Source of the DNA: Polyangiales bacterium
Lineage (GTDB): Bacteria; Myxococcota_A; Polyangia; Polyangiales; DASUME01
DNA: 64,000 bases
Assembly: GCA_046598735.1 (NCBI GenBank)
Contig: JBKJIA010000075.1
Span: 5,930 to 69,929 of the forward strand
Direction: 5' to 3'
The position numbers and the translations under genes are program-made. The notes beneath the pieces were generated by a model. The model had not been told where the DNA came from. It searched no databases and worked only from the letters and a program-made list of their open reading frames with translations. Positions 53,912 through 63,462 of the stretch are shown here, piece by piece. Each line of letters opens with the position of its first letter. The first letter of the stretch is position 1.

Positions 53912-56353
53912 GTGAACATTCGAGCTATTAACGTAGGGTTTGGGCTGCTTTGTGTGGCGCTGTGCAGCGCCTGTGCTGATGACGGCAAGAACGGCGCAGC
54001 GTGCTCAGTCGCAGAGCAGAGCGATGGCAGCGTTACCATCGCTTGCGCCGACGGCAGCACCAGCACCTTAGTGCCGCCCCGCCCGGTGGATGGCGGCGTG
54101 GCCGGGTCTGCTTGCAGCGTGGAGCGCGACGCGAATGTGGTCACGATCCGTTGCCCCGATGGGTCGAGCGTGACCCTCGATGCGGCGGCGGCTGACGCAG
54201 GCACAGGCACAGGTGGCGTCTGCAGCGTGACCCAAGCCAGCGACGGCAGCATTGACATCGTCTGTCCCGACGGCAGCCATGCAACCTTACCTGGGACTAA
54301 AGTGGTGGCCGCAGGGGCCAAGGTCGGCGCGGCGACGGCGAGCTGCGGCACTTGTCACGATTCCGATCAAGCAAAGGCGCATTTTACGGTGATGACTGTG
54401 CAGCTCGACGCGGGTCCCCAGGAGACCTGTGGCACCTGCCATCGTGAAACCAGTTTGGAGCCGGTCTCGCGCGTGCATAGTCGCCTCGAGCTGGGCCTGC
54501 CTGGACTCAAGGTGCAGATGATCAGCAGCGAGATCGACACGGTGACGCGTAAGGCGCGCGTGCGTTTGCAGCTCAGCGACGGAGCTGGCGCACCGCTAGC
54601 ACGCACGGGTGTATCGTTCAGCTTCACGCTCGCGAAGGTCAACACGATCAGCAATGCGGCGGGCACGGCGCAGCTGGCGGGGCCCTACCAGAGCTATTTG
54701 AATCGCACCGTCACGCAGCTCGATTCAGCGGCTTATCCACTGGGTACAAATACGCCGCGAACAGTCCAACAGCCAACCACGGAAGCCGGCACGGGCACAT
54801 TCACTGCCGTGTCGGACGGCGTGTATGACTATACCTTTTTCTACACCTTGCCGGTTGGCTACGACGCGACCGCAAGTCATGTGGTGGGGTTATACGCGAC
54901 GCGCACCTTGGACGGCGTGCGTTTTGTTGCCAACGCCGAGCGCTTCTTCGTACCGAACGACGCGAACGCGACGCCTCGCATGCGCGACGCGGTCAAGACT
55001 GAGACCTGCAATAACTGCCATAACCCGCTTTCGGCCCACGGGGGCGCACGACAGGACGTGCAGCTATGCCTGACCTGCCATTCCCAGGGCGCGCTCGACC
55101 CCGAGAGCGGCAATAGCTTGGATCTGAATGTGATGATTCATCGCATTCACCGCGGTAAGAACTTGCCTAGCGTGCGTGCCGGCACACCGTACAGCATCGT
55201 CGGGCGCGGGCTGAGCACGGCTGATTTCTCGCGCGTGGGTTACCCCCAGCCGATCGAGAATTGTCAGAGCTGTCATACCAAGAGCGACGGCGATCGTTGG
55301 ATTACCAACGGTACGCGCACGGCTTGCACGTCTTGTCACGACAACATCGACAAAGCGCCAGCGGCCGGAGGCCACCCATTTCAGCTCAACGCCGATGCGA
55401 CCTGCGGCACCGCGGCCTGTCACGCTCCGGGCGGTAACGTTCCCGATGCTTTCGAGGCGCACAAGACGTTCTTGAATCTCGACACGGCCAGCGTATTCGA
55501 GCTCGAAATCCTGAGTGTCTCCGTCGTGACTGCAGATAGTGCCCCAGCAGTTCGCATCAGGGCGCGTACGGGCACGCGTGCCACAGGCGCGATCCTGCCA
55601 GTCACGAGCGTCGACAACCTGTCGCTGCTGAGTGTGTTCATCAATGGTCCTAACAGCGGCTACGGCTTGAGCGGCAACACCATCGTGCCCATTACCAAGG
55701 CGGAGCTCGCGGCTCTCACCATGGATGCCACGCATCCGGGCGAGTTTACTTTCGCGCTACCCAAAACCTTGCGCGAAACCGTAGGCAGTCTTGGCGACCC
55801 AGAGCTTGACAGCTACACGCTCAGCCTGCGCGGCGCTTACGATCCTACGCCTGGGATAGCTCCGGATAACGATCGCACCGACATGCTGAAGAATCCCGCG
55901 GCCGCGTTTACAGCCAGCGAGGAGCTATTGGTGCGACGGCCTGTCGTTGAGACTGCCAAATGTAACTCCTGCCACGGCGACCTGCGTGGTCACGGTGGCG
56001 GCATTCTTGCCAAAAACGTGGAGCAGTGCGTGATGTGTCACACGGGCACGCTCGACACTCGCGTACGTCAAGGCGCGAACAAGGTTGCGGGCGCCACCAC
56101 CTCCTTACGCTTCTCGACGTTGGTGCACCGCATCCACGGCAAGGGCGTCGCGAAGCTGCCCTACTACGCGTACGGATTCAGCGCAGCTGCGCCGTTCCCA
56201 AAGCTAGACTTCTCGGCGGTACCGTTTCCAGGTGACGTGCGCGACTGCGCAAGCTGTCACGCCGCGGGGACCTACTTCTTGCCGTTGCCCGAGGGAGACC
56301 CGCCGACTCAGACCGCCATATTGGATGCCGAGGGGAAGGTTACCGGACCTTAG
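53912..56353 (+). CDS. decaheme c-type cytochrome, MtrC/OmcA-like, probable lipoprotein
   Basis: 9 CXXCH plus 1 CX4CH (CGTAACH). Heme clusters alternate with beta-rich segments. CNNCHNPLSAHGG and CNSCHGDLRGHGG are MtrC/OmcA-style. The ORF track starts at TTG 53861, and GTG 53912 gives a cleaner signal peptide. Confidence 0.75.
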   Translation: MNIRAINVGFGLLCVALCSACADDGKNGAACSVAEQSDGSVTIACADGSTSTLVPPRPVDGGVAGSACSVERDANVVTIRCPDGSSVTLDAAAADAGTGTGGVCSVTQASDGSIDIVCPDGSHATLPGTKVVAAGAKVGAATASCGTCHDSDQAKAHFTVMTVQLDAGPQETCGTCHRETSLEPVSRVHSRLELGLPGLKVQMISSEIDTVTRKARVRLQLSDGAGAPLARTGVSFSFTLAKVNTISNAAGTAQLAGPYQSYLNRTVTQLDSAAYPLGTNTPRTVQQPTTEAGTGTFTAVSDGVYDYTFFYTLPVGYDATASHVVGLYATRTLDGVRFVANAERFFVPNDANATPRMRDAVKTETCNNCHNPLSAHGGARQDVQLCLTCHSQGALDPESGNSLDLNVMIHRIHRGKNLPSVRAGTPYSIVGRGLSTADFSRVGYPQPIENCQSCHTKSDGDRWITNGTRTACTSCHDNIDKAPAAGGHPFQLNADATCGTAACHAPGGNVPDAFEAHKTFLNLDTASVFELEILSVSVVTADSAPAVRIRARTGTRATGAILPVTSVDNLSLLSVFINGPNSGYGLSGNTIVPITKAELAALTMDATHPGEFTFALPKTLRETVGSLGDPELDSYTLSLRGAYDPTPGIAPDNDRTDMLKNPAAAFTASEELLVRRPVVETAKCNSCHGDLRGHGGGILAKNVEQCVMCHTGTLDTRVRQGANKVAGATTSLRFSTLVHRIHGKGVAKLPYYAYGFSAAAPFPKLDFSAVPFPGDVRDCASCHAAGTYFLPLPEGDPPTQTAILDAEGKVTGP

Positions 56354-56357
56354 TCCC

Positions 56358-58436
56358 ATGGACCTCGACTTCCATGCCATGGTGGCCCGCATAAGACTTA
56401 CGGCGCTGGTGCTCACGTGCGCGTGCCATTTCTACGCGTGCGAGGGGCCAATGGGACCGCGCGGGCGAACGGGCCAAGCGGGAGCTGCGGGGCCCGCGGG
56501 CACTCGCGATGGCGGCGCAGTACTCGATGCTGGCAAGTCTGACGCCGCGACCGTAGATGCGGGCGCAGCCTTCGACGGCGTATTCGGGCTCGTACGCGAC
56601 CGCGCGGGGATGCCCGTGGTGGGGGGTCGCGTCTTTCTCGTGCCCGCGCAACGCGTCGCGGAGCTTGCGACCATGCCCATCGACCTTACTGTGTCCGCGG
56701 AGCTTTCGTCCCGCGCAAGCCACGATGAGCCCCTCGAAGACATTCTCGATCTCGAAGCTGACATGCTGCCGAGCGCGCTCAGCGATCCCCAAGGCAACTA
56801 CCGTTTGGCGCCCATCCCCGAAGGCGCATTCTTTGTGGTGTATAAGCCTGCGCTCGAAGATGGCGCGCATTTGCCCGGCGGCGATGCCGGGCGAACGCCG
56901 CGAGCTGCGGAAACCTTACGCGGCGCACGGTTAGATCTGGTCGTCAGTAGCGTACCCTCGGCTGAGGCCCGATACGTAGGCTCCTCACCGTGCGTGACTT
57001 GCCACGCTCGGCACTCGAGCTTTGCGAGCGCCCACGCGCTGACGCTGCGCGTGCCAGGACAAAGCTCCCCCATGCAGGACACTGCCCCCGCACCGCGCAT
57101 CGACGAAGCACTGCACGCCTTCGAGCGGGGCACGATCTTATACTTTTACGATTGCGCGGCGAATCGCGCACCTTTGCCCGCTTGTCGCGTGAGGAGCACG
57201 GCACCGGCCGATCTAAGCAGCGTTCGGATGCGTGCCCGACTGCTGCGCGATCGCACCTTAGCGGAGGGGACGCTGGGCGCGTTTTACGTGGAGCTCGAAA
57301 CGCCGGACGCCAGCACAGTCGCGCGCTATCCGGTCGTGCTCACCCTGGGCGGTGCACTCTCTTATCAGCAGTACGTGACTCGCGTGGCACTGCCGGCCGG
57401 AGGCTTCACCTATCTCATCTTACCTTTTAGCTACCAACTGGCGGGCGACGACACATTACCTTCCTACCGCGACTTTCGGTGGGTCGCATATAGAGCCGAA
57501 GATTGGGTGAGTCTGGCTCAAGGTAGCCTTTCGCAGCCGGCCTTCACGCAGGCCTTCGACCGGCAATGCGCAGGTTGTCACGTGACCGGCCTTTCCCTGC
57601 GGGGTGATGCGGCAGAGGGTTTCAGGGCCTCCGCTGTGGCGGAACGCGATGGCGTGTTTGACTTGGATGGGGATGGTCGCAAGGAGCTCTTAGCAGTGGG
57701 CTGCGAGTCCTGTCATGGGCCAGGCTCCGAGCACATCGAACGCAGCCCGCGCGGCCAACATATCGTGTCGCCGCAGCTGCTCACGCCAGAACGTCAGACG
57801 ATGCTGTGCGGCAACTGTCATGGTCGTCATCTCGGAATCGGCGGCGCCCTCACGCCGCTCGATCAACACATGCACATGCCGCGCGCAGGCCTGCGGCGCA
57901 GCGAGTTTCTTGCAGGCCACGTGTCGGCGATCGAATCCGGCAACGACGTGTTTTTTGGCTCCGGCGACTCCCGTCTCGGTCGCCAGCAATACACGGATTT
58001 TCTACAGTCTACTAAGTATCGCAACGGTAACCTGTTGGCGACTTGCAGCGATTGCCATGCTCCCCACCGCGAACGAGATCTCCCCTTCGATTTGCGCTAT
58101 GCGAGCAGTGATTCAAATGGCTGCGTAGGCTGTCACGCGGCAGCCAAAGACCTGCATGCACACGCGCTCGCCAAGGTCGGCTACGATCACGTGCGTGGGG
58201 TGGATCAAACGCAACTCACTTGCGCGCGCTGTCACATGGTCAAGACCGGCGCCGCCGGTGCACACACAAGAGGCCTGCTCGATCAGGCCGTGCCTGGGCA
58301 AAGCGCTGCGTACTTCATGGGGGATCGCACAAGCCACCGTTTCAGGTTTGTGAGTCGGGCGAAGCAAGCGGAGCAACCCACGGCGGCCACGGACGGCTGC
58401 GCGTACTGCCACAGTGCGATTTCGAACAAGCCATGA
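56358..58436 (+). CDS. octaheme c-type cytochrome with N-terminal collagen-like tract and carboxypeptidase-regulatory-like domain
   Basis: 8 CXXCH including the c554/c552-style CESCHGPGSEH. Seven G-X-Y triplets at 56445..56507. Start ATG 56358 lies 5 nt after the upstream stop. Confidence 0.75.
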   Translation: MDLDFHAMVARIRLTALVLTCACHFYACEGPMGPRGRTGQAGAAGPAGTRDGGAVLDAGKSDAATVDAGAAFDGVFGLVRDRAGMPVVGGRVFLVPAQRVAELATMPIDLTVSAELSSRASHDEPLEDILDLEADMLPSALSDPQGNYRLAPIPEGAFFVVYKPALEDGAHLPGGDAGRTPRAAETLRGARLDLVVSSVPSAEARYVGSSPCVTCHARHSSFASAHALTLRVPGQSSPMQDTAPAPRIDEALHAFERGTILYFYDCAANRAPLPACRVRSTAPADLSSVRMRARLLRDRTLAEGTLGAFYVELETPDASTVARYPVVLTLGGALSYQQYVTRVALPAGGFTYLILPFSYQLAGDDTLPSYRDFRWVAYRAEDWVSLAQGSLSQPAFTQAFDRQCAGCHVTGLSLRGDAAEGFRASAVAERDGVFDLDGDGRKELLAVGCESCHGPGSEHIERSPRGQHIVSPQLLTPERQTMLCGNCHGRHLGIGGALTPLDQHMHMPRAGLRRSEFLAGHVSAIESGNDVFFGSGDSRLGRQQYTDFLQSTKYRNGNLLATCSDCHAPHRERDLPFDLRYASSDSNGCVGCHAAAKDLHAHALAKVGYDHVRGVDQTQLTCARCHMVKTGAAGAHTRGLLDQAVPGQSAAYFMGDRTSHRFRFVSRAKQAEQPTAATDGCAYCHSAISNKP

Positions 58437-58477
58437 GTCGTCTAGCCCGCGCACGCCCTGATCACCGAGCACGCCAA

Positions 58478-58774
58478 TCAGCGAGCGTCGCGCGCGGCGG
58501 TCGCCTTGCCGGCTTGCCTTGCCTGCAGCTGCGCCAGCACGACTGCAGCGCAGTAACAAAGCAGCGCCAAGGTGCCGACCGCCTGACCTACGCTCATCGA
58601 GATGATCACAGGAAACGGTGTCGGATCGAGCACGGACCAGCACATCAGTCCCATCGACAAGAGACTCGCCACGCAGGAGGCACGCACCATCTGCGCAACA
58701 CTCAGGCGGCGAAGCCCGCGGGCGGGGTTTGTATCGGATGGATCAGACGCGGGAGCGCGCGCAGCAGGGCTCAT
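58478..58774 (-). CDS. small two-TM membrane protein, translationally coupled to the NapC/NirT-like gene
   Basis: 98 aa with two hydrophobic helices. ATGA overlap with the upstream stop at 58771. Confidence 0.5.
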   Translation of the reverse strand: MSPAARAPASDPSDTNPARGLRRLSVAQMVRASCVASLLSMGLMCWSVLDPTPFPVIISMSVGQAVGTLALLCYCAAVVLAQLQARQAGKATAARDAR

Positions 58775-59445
58775 GGCGACACCTTTCTATCTTGCGTGGG
58801 GACCTTAGCTCCGGCGGCTTTCTTCTTCGCCTCTTCTCGGGCTGCCTTAGTGAATGGGTGGGCATAGCCATGACAACCGGCACTCGCGCAGCTTACCTCC
58901 CCTCTTCGCACCTGCGGCAGAGCCGACCCGTGGTCGGGCACGTCGAGCCAAAGGCGGGTGGTCGTGCTGTGGCAGTGCATGCAGTTGGTATTGGGGAGGG
59001 GCTTATACAGCGCGAGCTCGGGCAAGGTCTCTTGGAGTGTCTGCTTACGGTACTTTCCCAAGTATTCTTTGACGTGGACCATACCGTTCAACTTGGTAAA
59101 GACCGCTCCAAACATGCCGTAGTCCGCGTGGCAGGTGTAACAACTCTCCTCGCCAAAAGCGGGGTTGCGACTATGTCGGGCCGCAAGCGATTGACTGTGA
59201 GGATCTTGCGCGTCGCCAGTGTGTGCCAGCATCACGTGGCAGGATCCGCAAAACTGCACTTCCTTGGTGGCTTGCAGCCCGGCGGCGTTGCCACTGAGTG
59301 CGCTCAGGATCGGCAGCACCCCCAAGCCAAGGAAAAGCCAAAGCTGGGTTGCGAAGTGAAAGGTCGGACGCTTGATCAAATAGACAAGCACGATCAACGC
59401 ACCGAGCGCTGCACAGACGAGAGCTACGATGCCGCTAGTAGACAT
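58771..59445 (-). CDS. membrane-anchored tetraheme cytochrome, NapC/NirT/NrfH (CymA-like) family
   Basis: N-terminal TM helices, 3 CXXCH plus a terminal CX4CH (CASAGCHGYAHP). Layout is parallel to CymA/NrfH. The ORF track extends to 59613, which would add a third TM helix but overlap the divergent gene. Confidence 0.7.
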   Translation of the reverse strand: MSTSGIVALVCAALGALIVLVYLIKRPTFHFATQLWLFLGLGVLPILSALSGNAAGLQATKEVQFCGSCHVMLAHTGDAQDPHSQSLAARHSRNPAFGEESCYTCHADYGMFGAVFTKLNGMVHVKEYLGKYRKQTLQETLPELALYKPLPNTNCMHCHSTTTRLWLDVPDHGSALPQVRRGEVSCASAGCHGYAHPFTKAAREEAKKKAAGAKVPTQDRKVSP

Positions 59446-59501
59446 GCTTTCGCGGTAAGTACGCGCCGCTGCCGCGATGTAAAGCACAAGCGGGCAGGTG
59501 C

Positions 59502-60764
59502 ATGTTAACGCGCTCCAACCTCGCGCATAAGCGGCGAACAGGCCAAGCGACCAGGCCGACCAGGCAGGTGCGCACGGCGTCGCACCGGGCATGCCTAAGC
59601 CTATGGATAACACTCAGCTGGCTTTGCGGGGAGACCAACAGCGCACTGGCCCAGCCCCTTACGTTGACCCTGGAGGGATGGGGACAAACTTATCAACCCG
59701 CGGCGCTCGTCAATCTAGAAGCAACCTCCAAAGTCTATCCGTGGCTGCGTATGGAGACTCAGATCTGGACCGGACAGTCGCCATTGCCTGCTGGCTCGCC
59801 CGGGGATGTGGTGGTGCTCGCAGCGGTGGTGCAGGATCCGACCGGCCACCTGCAAGCGCGGGCGGGGCGCTTCGTGCTGACCACAGGTGCGGTGCGTCCG
59901 ATTCACATGGATGGCGGCTCGGTGCGTCTGCAAACACCTTCAGGTTTCTCCGCAGAAGCATTTTCTGGCTCGCCCGTGGTGCCGCGCTTTGCGAGTCGCA
60001 GCTATGATTGGTTGGTGGGCGGTAGGCTCGCTCAGCGCTTCGGTCGCTGGGGAGCGCTCGGTGCTTCGTATGTCGAGCAGCGCGACAGGGGCCGCAGCGC
60101 CGATCGAGAAGTGGGAGCAGATGCCGTGCTCTATCCTATGGCGCGCACCGATCTGAGCGGACGCTTTTCTTACGATTTGCTTTCGGCAGGCATGAGCGAG
60201 GTTAGTGTTACCGGATCCATGGGTAGCATCGACCGGCGAGCGGAGCTGTTTACCACCTTGCGCAATGCCTCGTTGATCTTACCTGCCACCTCACTGTTCA
60301 GCGTACTTAGTGATGCGCCCAGCTTGCAGAGTGGAATGAGTGGTCGCATCCGCGTTGCTCCGCGTTTGCGGCTCGAGGGGCTCGCTGCGTACCGCGGGCT
60401 CGACGGCGCACACGGCGCTCGCCTCAAGCTCGCTGCCAGGTTGTGGCTCGACGACGAGGGCGCAAGTGCGATCGAGGGCGCTATCACACGCGACGGTGTG
60501 ACCGGGCAACGTTGGACTGGTGCGCGCGTGCTCGCCTATCGCGACGTCGTGCAGGCGATCCGTCTGACGGCCGAGCTCGAGCTAGTGGCGCCCGATGAGC
60601 CTGCGATGCGCGGTCGACTCTGGCCTTGGGGCAGACTGTCCAGTCGCTATGCAGTCAACGATGCCTGGCACCTTAGTGCGGGAGTAGAGGGCAGCTCCTC
60701 CCCGCAATTCGTGCGCCTGTTTCAAGCCTTGCTACGGGTAGCTTACCATGTCGGCGCGACATGA
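59502..60764 (+). CDS. putative outer-membrane beta-barrel protein (porin component candidate)
   Basis: Signal peptide ending ALA-QP, cleaner from GTG 59568. Alternating amphipathic beta-strand pattern throughout, with no Cys or heme motifs. ATGA overlap with the next cytochrome gene. Confidence 0.45.
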   Translation: MLTRSNLAHKRRTGQATRPTRQVRTASHRACLSLWITLSWLCGETNSALAQPLTLTLEGWGQTYQPAALVNLEATSKVYPWLRMETQIWTGQSPLPAGSPGDVVVLAAVVQDPTGHLQARAGRFVLTTGAVRPIHMDGGSVRLQTPSGFSAEAFSGSPVVPRFASRSYDWLVGGRLAQRFGRWGALGASYVEQRDRGRSADREVGADAVLYPMARTDLSGRFSYDLLSAGMSEVSVTGSMGSIDRRAELFTTLRNASLILPATSLFSVLSDAPSLQSGMSGRIRVAPRLRLEGLAAYRGLDGAHGARLKLAARLWLDDEGASAIEGAITRDGVTGQRWTGARVLAYRDVVQAIRLTAELELVAPDEPAMRGRLWPWGRLSSRYAVNDAWHLSAGVEGSSSPQFVRLFQALLRVAYHVGAT

Positions 60765-61804
60765 AAGTCGGCACGCCGTTGTTGCTTCTGGCCGCAACCA
60801 TGCTCGTGGCGTGTGCGGCCATGCTCGGGATCAAGGCTGTTGGTGACAAACCGTTTGAGCATCGCGCTCACGTGCTCCAAGGCATCCACTGCTTTCAGTG
60901 TCATCAGGGCGCAGAGGTCGCCGGCGAAAGCGGCGCCATGCATTTGCCTGACACCCAGGACTGCGTGAGCTGTCACGAGCAGCCCCATAACCCGAGCGCC
61001 TGCAACCAGTGCCACGGTTCACACACCTTGCGTCAGCAAGCCGTGGTCGCACGCGAGCACCTCAAGTTCGAGCATCCCGCGCATGTTGATGCGGCCAAGG
61101 GTAATTGCATTCGCTGTCATATGGATGTGGGCACGGGGGATGGTCCATTACGTCCCAGCATGGCCACGTGCTTCACCTGCCATCGGCATGAGAAGCAGTG
61201 GCAAGTTACCGACTGCGATGGTTGCCATGTGGATCTGCAGGTCGAGCGCAGTCTGCCCGAGAGTCACGTGGTCCATGGCCCGGACTTCATGCGCGAACAT
61301 GGCGTGCGCGCTGCGAGCGAAGGGCAGCTATGTACTACCTGCCATAGCGAGCGCACCTGTGCCGCGTGCCATGGCACCACGCTACCCGCCCTACCAAGCC
61401 GACTGCACTTCGACCAACCTGAGCGTGCTGATATGCACCGTGCGGGTTTCTTGGCGCGGCACTCCCTCGAGGCGCGCTCCGATCCTGCTGCGTGCGTGAC
61501 CTGCCATAGCGAGTCCTCCTGTCGCTCCTGCCATAGTCGGGAGAAGGTGGCAGCCGGAGAAGGCCGTGCCTCGCCTCACCCCCAAGGTTGGGTGGGATTG
61601 CCAGGGGAACCCAATCCCCACGGAAGTGCGGCGCGTCTCGATCCCGTGTCATGCGCTAGTTGCCATAGCGGAGCGGGCGAGCAGTTGTGTGTGAGCTGTC
61701 ATCGCGTGGGAGCCGCTGGTGGTAACCCACATCCTGCAGGCTTCAACAGTCAGAAGGCATGGACCGAGATGCCATGCAGACTGTGCCACCAGGGGCCGTT
61801 ATGA
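60761..61804 (+). CDS. 13-heme c-type cytochrome lipoprotein (c3/c7-type polymer)
   Basis: Lipobox MLVAC and 13 CXXCH in 347 aa. c3/c7-style F-x-H-x2-H-x(n)-CXXCH units (PFEHRAHV...CFQCH, LKFEHPAHV...CIRCH). Confidence 0.85.
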   Translation: MKVGTPLLLLAATMLVACAAMLGIKAVGDKPFEHRAHVLQGIHCFQCHQGAEVAGESGAMHLPDTQDCVSCHEQPHNPSACNQCHGSHTLRQQAVVAREHLKFEHPAHVDAAKGNCIRCHMDVGTGDGPLRPSMATCFTCHRHEKQWQVTDCDGCHVDLQVERSLPESHVVHGPDFMREHGVRAASEGQLCTTCHSERTCAACHGTTLPALPSRLHFDQPERADMHRAGFLARHSLEARSDPAACVTCHSESSCRSCHSREKVAAGEGRASPHPQGWVGLPGEPNPHGSAARLDPVSCASCHSGAGEQLCVSCHRVGAAGGNPHPAGFNSQKAWTEMPCRLCHQGPL

Positions 61805-63462
61805 AACGCGCCCTCTTGGTAAGCCTTACTATTTGTGCTCTGGGAGCTCTCGCGTGGGCCGCCGTGTATGCACTGGAGCTGCGCGCGGCCACGGCGCCAC
61901 CCTCCCCGACAGCCTACGTGCAGGCGACCTGGGCCGTGTATCGCTTCGGGCCAGGACACCAGACCCACGTGACGGACCTGAGTCTTGACTGCGATGGCTG
62001 CCATCAGGAAGCCGAACAGCATTTCGATCGCCCCGGCCCCACGGCATGCGTCAACTGTCACGAGCACGAAGCTAAGATAGATCACGCCCTGGTCGCGGTG
62101 GACGAGCAGGGGCATGCGCTCGATCCTCACACGTCTAGCGACCCGAAAACGGTGGCGGAGTGCGTGCGCTGCCATGGCTTTGGGCCCGACCCCAATGTAA
62201 AGGCAGATGATTGTCTGCGCTGTCACAGTAAGGCACAGGCAGATGTACCGGCTGTGGTGGTGCACGCGGAGCAGGCTTGCACCACCTGTCACGATGTACA
62301 CGACAACAGCGTATCAGCCATCGCATGCCAGACCTGCCATAAGGTCATGGTCGAGCATGGCCATCGCGACGTGCCAAACGCAAGTCAATGCCTCGATTGC
62401 CATCGCGTGCATGCGGCCGGCGAGAACGCTCAGACCAGCTGCATCGAGTGCCACAACGAACACAGTAAGGTACCCGTGCCCGCCTCCGCCGCTGCCCATG
62501 GTGGTGCACACAGTTGTGGTGGTTGCCATGCTCCCCACGGCTTTAGCAGGGCCGAGGTACAACCCTGTCAATCGTGCCATTCAGGGCAGCGCGCGCTGCC
62601 AGGTAAGGGGCACGCCGAATGCAGCGCGTGCCACGCGCCCCACGCAGCCGGCGAGTCAGCGCGGCTCGGAAACGTATGCCTGAGCTGCCATCGTGACGTA
62701 CAGCTCAAGCACGATCCGAGTGTCGATGCACGCACGGCCTGTACGAGCTGCCACGCTGCTCATCCCAAGTCGAGCAGCACGCAACCCGCTGACTGCGTCG
62801 GTTGTCATCGCGAGATAAGCCACGATCAGAAGTCTGCGCATGCGCCCGGCGTGGCTTGCACTGGTTGTCATGCTCCCCATGCTTTCAACCCAGCGAGTCA
62901 CGCTCAAACTGCGTGCGCGGGCTGCCACGCCCAAGAGTTGAGTGCTGTCAGCAAGCAGAAGGGACATGCTCGTTGCCAGGGGTGCCATACTTCGCTGCCC
63001 CACGGAGGGGTGGGCGCACCGCTGCCTTGTGGCAGCTGTCACCGTGAGCAAGCGAGTGAGGTCCATGCTGGACACGCTACCTGTACCAACTGCCATGATG
63101 CACACTCAGGTGCTCAAGAGGCAGGCAACTGTGCCAGCTGTCACCGCGAGCAAACTAGCCACCTTAGCAAGAAGCATGGTCCTTGCCAGAGTTGTCATGA
63201 GCCCCACGGTGCCACGCCCAGTAAGGCGGTCGCTGATTGTTCCAGCTGTCACAGTAAGACTAAGCTTCCAGGGTTGCATGAGGTGCCGCAGCACATGAGT
63301 CGGTGCAACAGCTGTCATCAGGTGCATGCCACAGAAGCCCCCGGTGCGCGCGAAGGGTGCTTGACTTGCCACAAGGAGCGAGTGGATCATCAGCCGACGG
63401 CCACGCGCTGCGATGGTTGTCACGCCTTTCGCAGTGCGCCCAGTCCGCGGAAGTCGCCATGA
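61801..63462 (+). CDS. 25-heme c-type cytochrome built from paired-CXXCH repeats
   Basis: Signal peptide, then 25 CXXCH in 553 aa spaced 16-25 aa apart, with one 38-aa gap. Motifs alternate between CXXCHxPH-type and CXXCH(R/K)E-type. ATGA overlaps at both ends. Confidence 0.85.
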   Translation: MKRALLVSLTICALGALAWAAVYALELRAATAPPSPTAYVQATWAVYRFGPGHQTHVTDLSLDCDGCHQEAEQHFDRPGPTACVNCHEHEAKIDHALVAVDEQGHALDPHTSSDPKTVAECVRCHGFGPDPNVKADDCLRCHSKAQADVPAVVVHAEQACTTCHDVHDNSVSAIACQTCHKVMVEHGHRDVPNASQCLDCHRVHAAGENAQTSCIECHNEHSKVPVPASAAAHGGAHSCGGCHAPHGFSRAEVQPCQSCHSGQRALPGKGHAECSACHAPHAAGESARLGNVCLSCHRDVQLKHDPSVDARTACTSCHAAHPKSSSTQPADCVGCHREISHDQKSAHAPGVACTGCHAPHAFNPASHAQTACAGCHAQELSAVSKQKGHARCQGCHTSLPHGGVGAPLPCGSCHREQASEVHAGHATCTNCHDAHSGAQEAGNCASCHREQTSHLSKKHGPCQSCHEPHGATPSKAVADCSSCHSKTKLPGLHEVPQHMSRCNSCHQVHATEAPGAREGCLTCHKERVDHQPTATRCDGCHAFRSAPSPRKSP

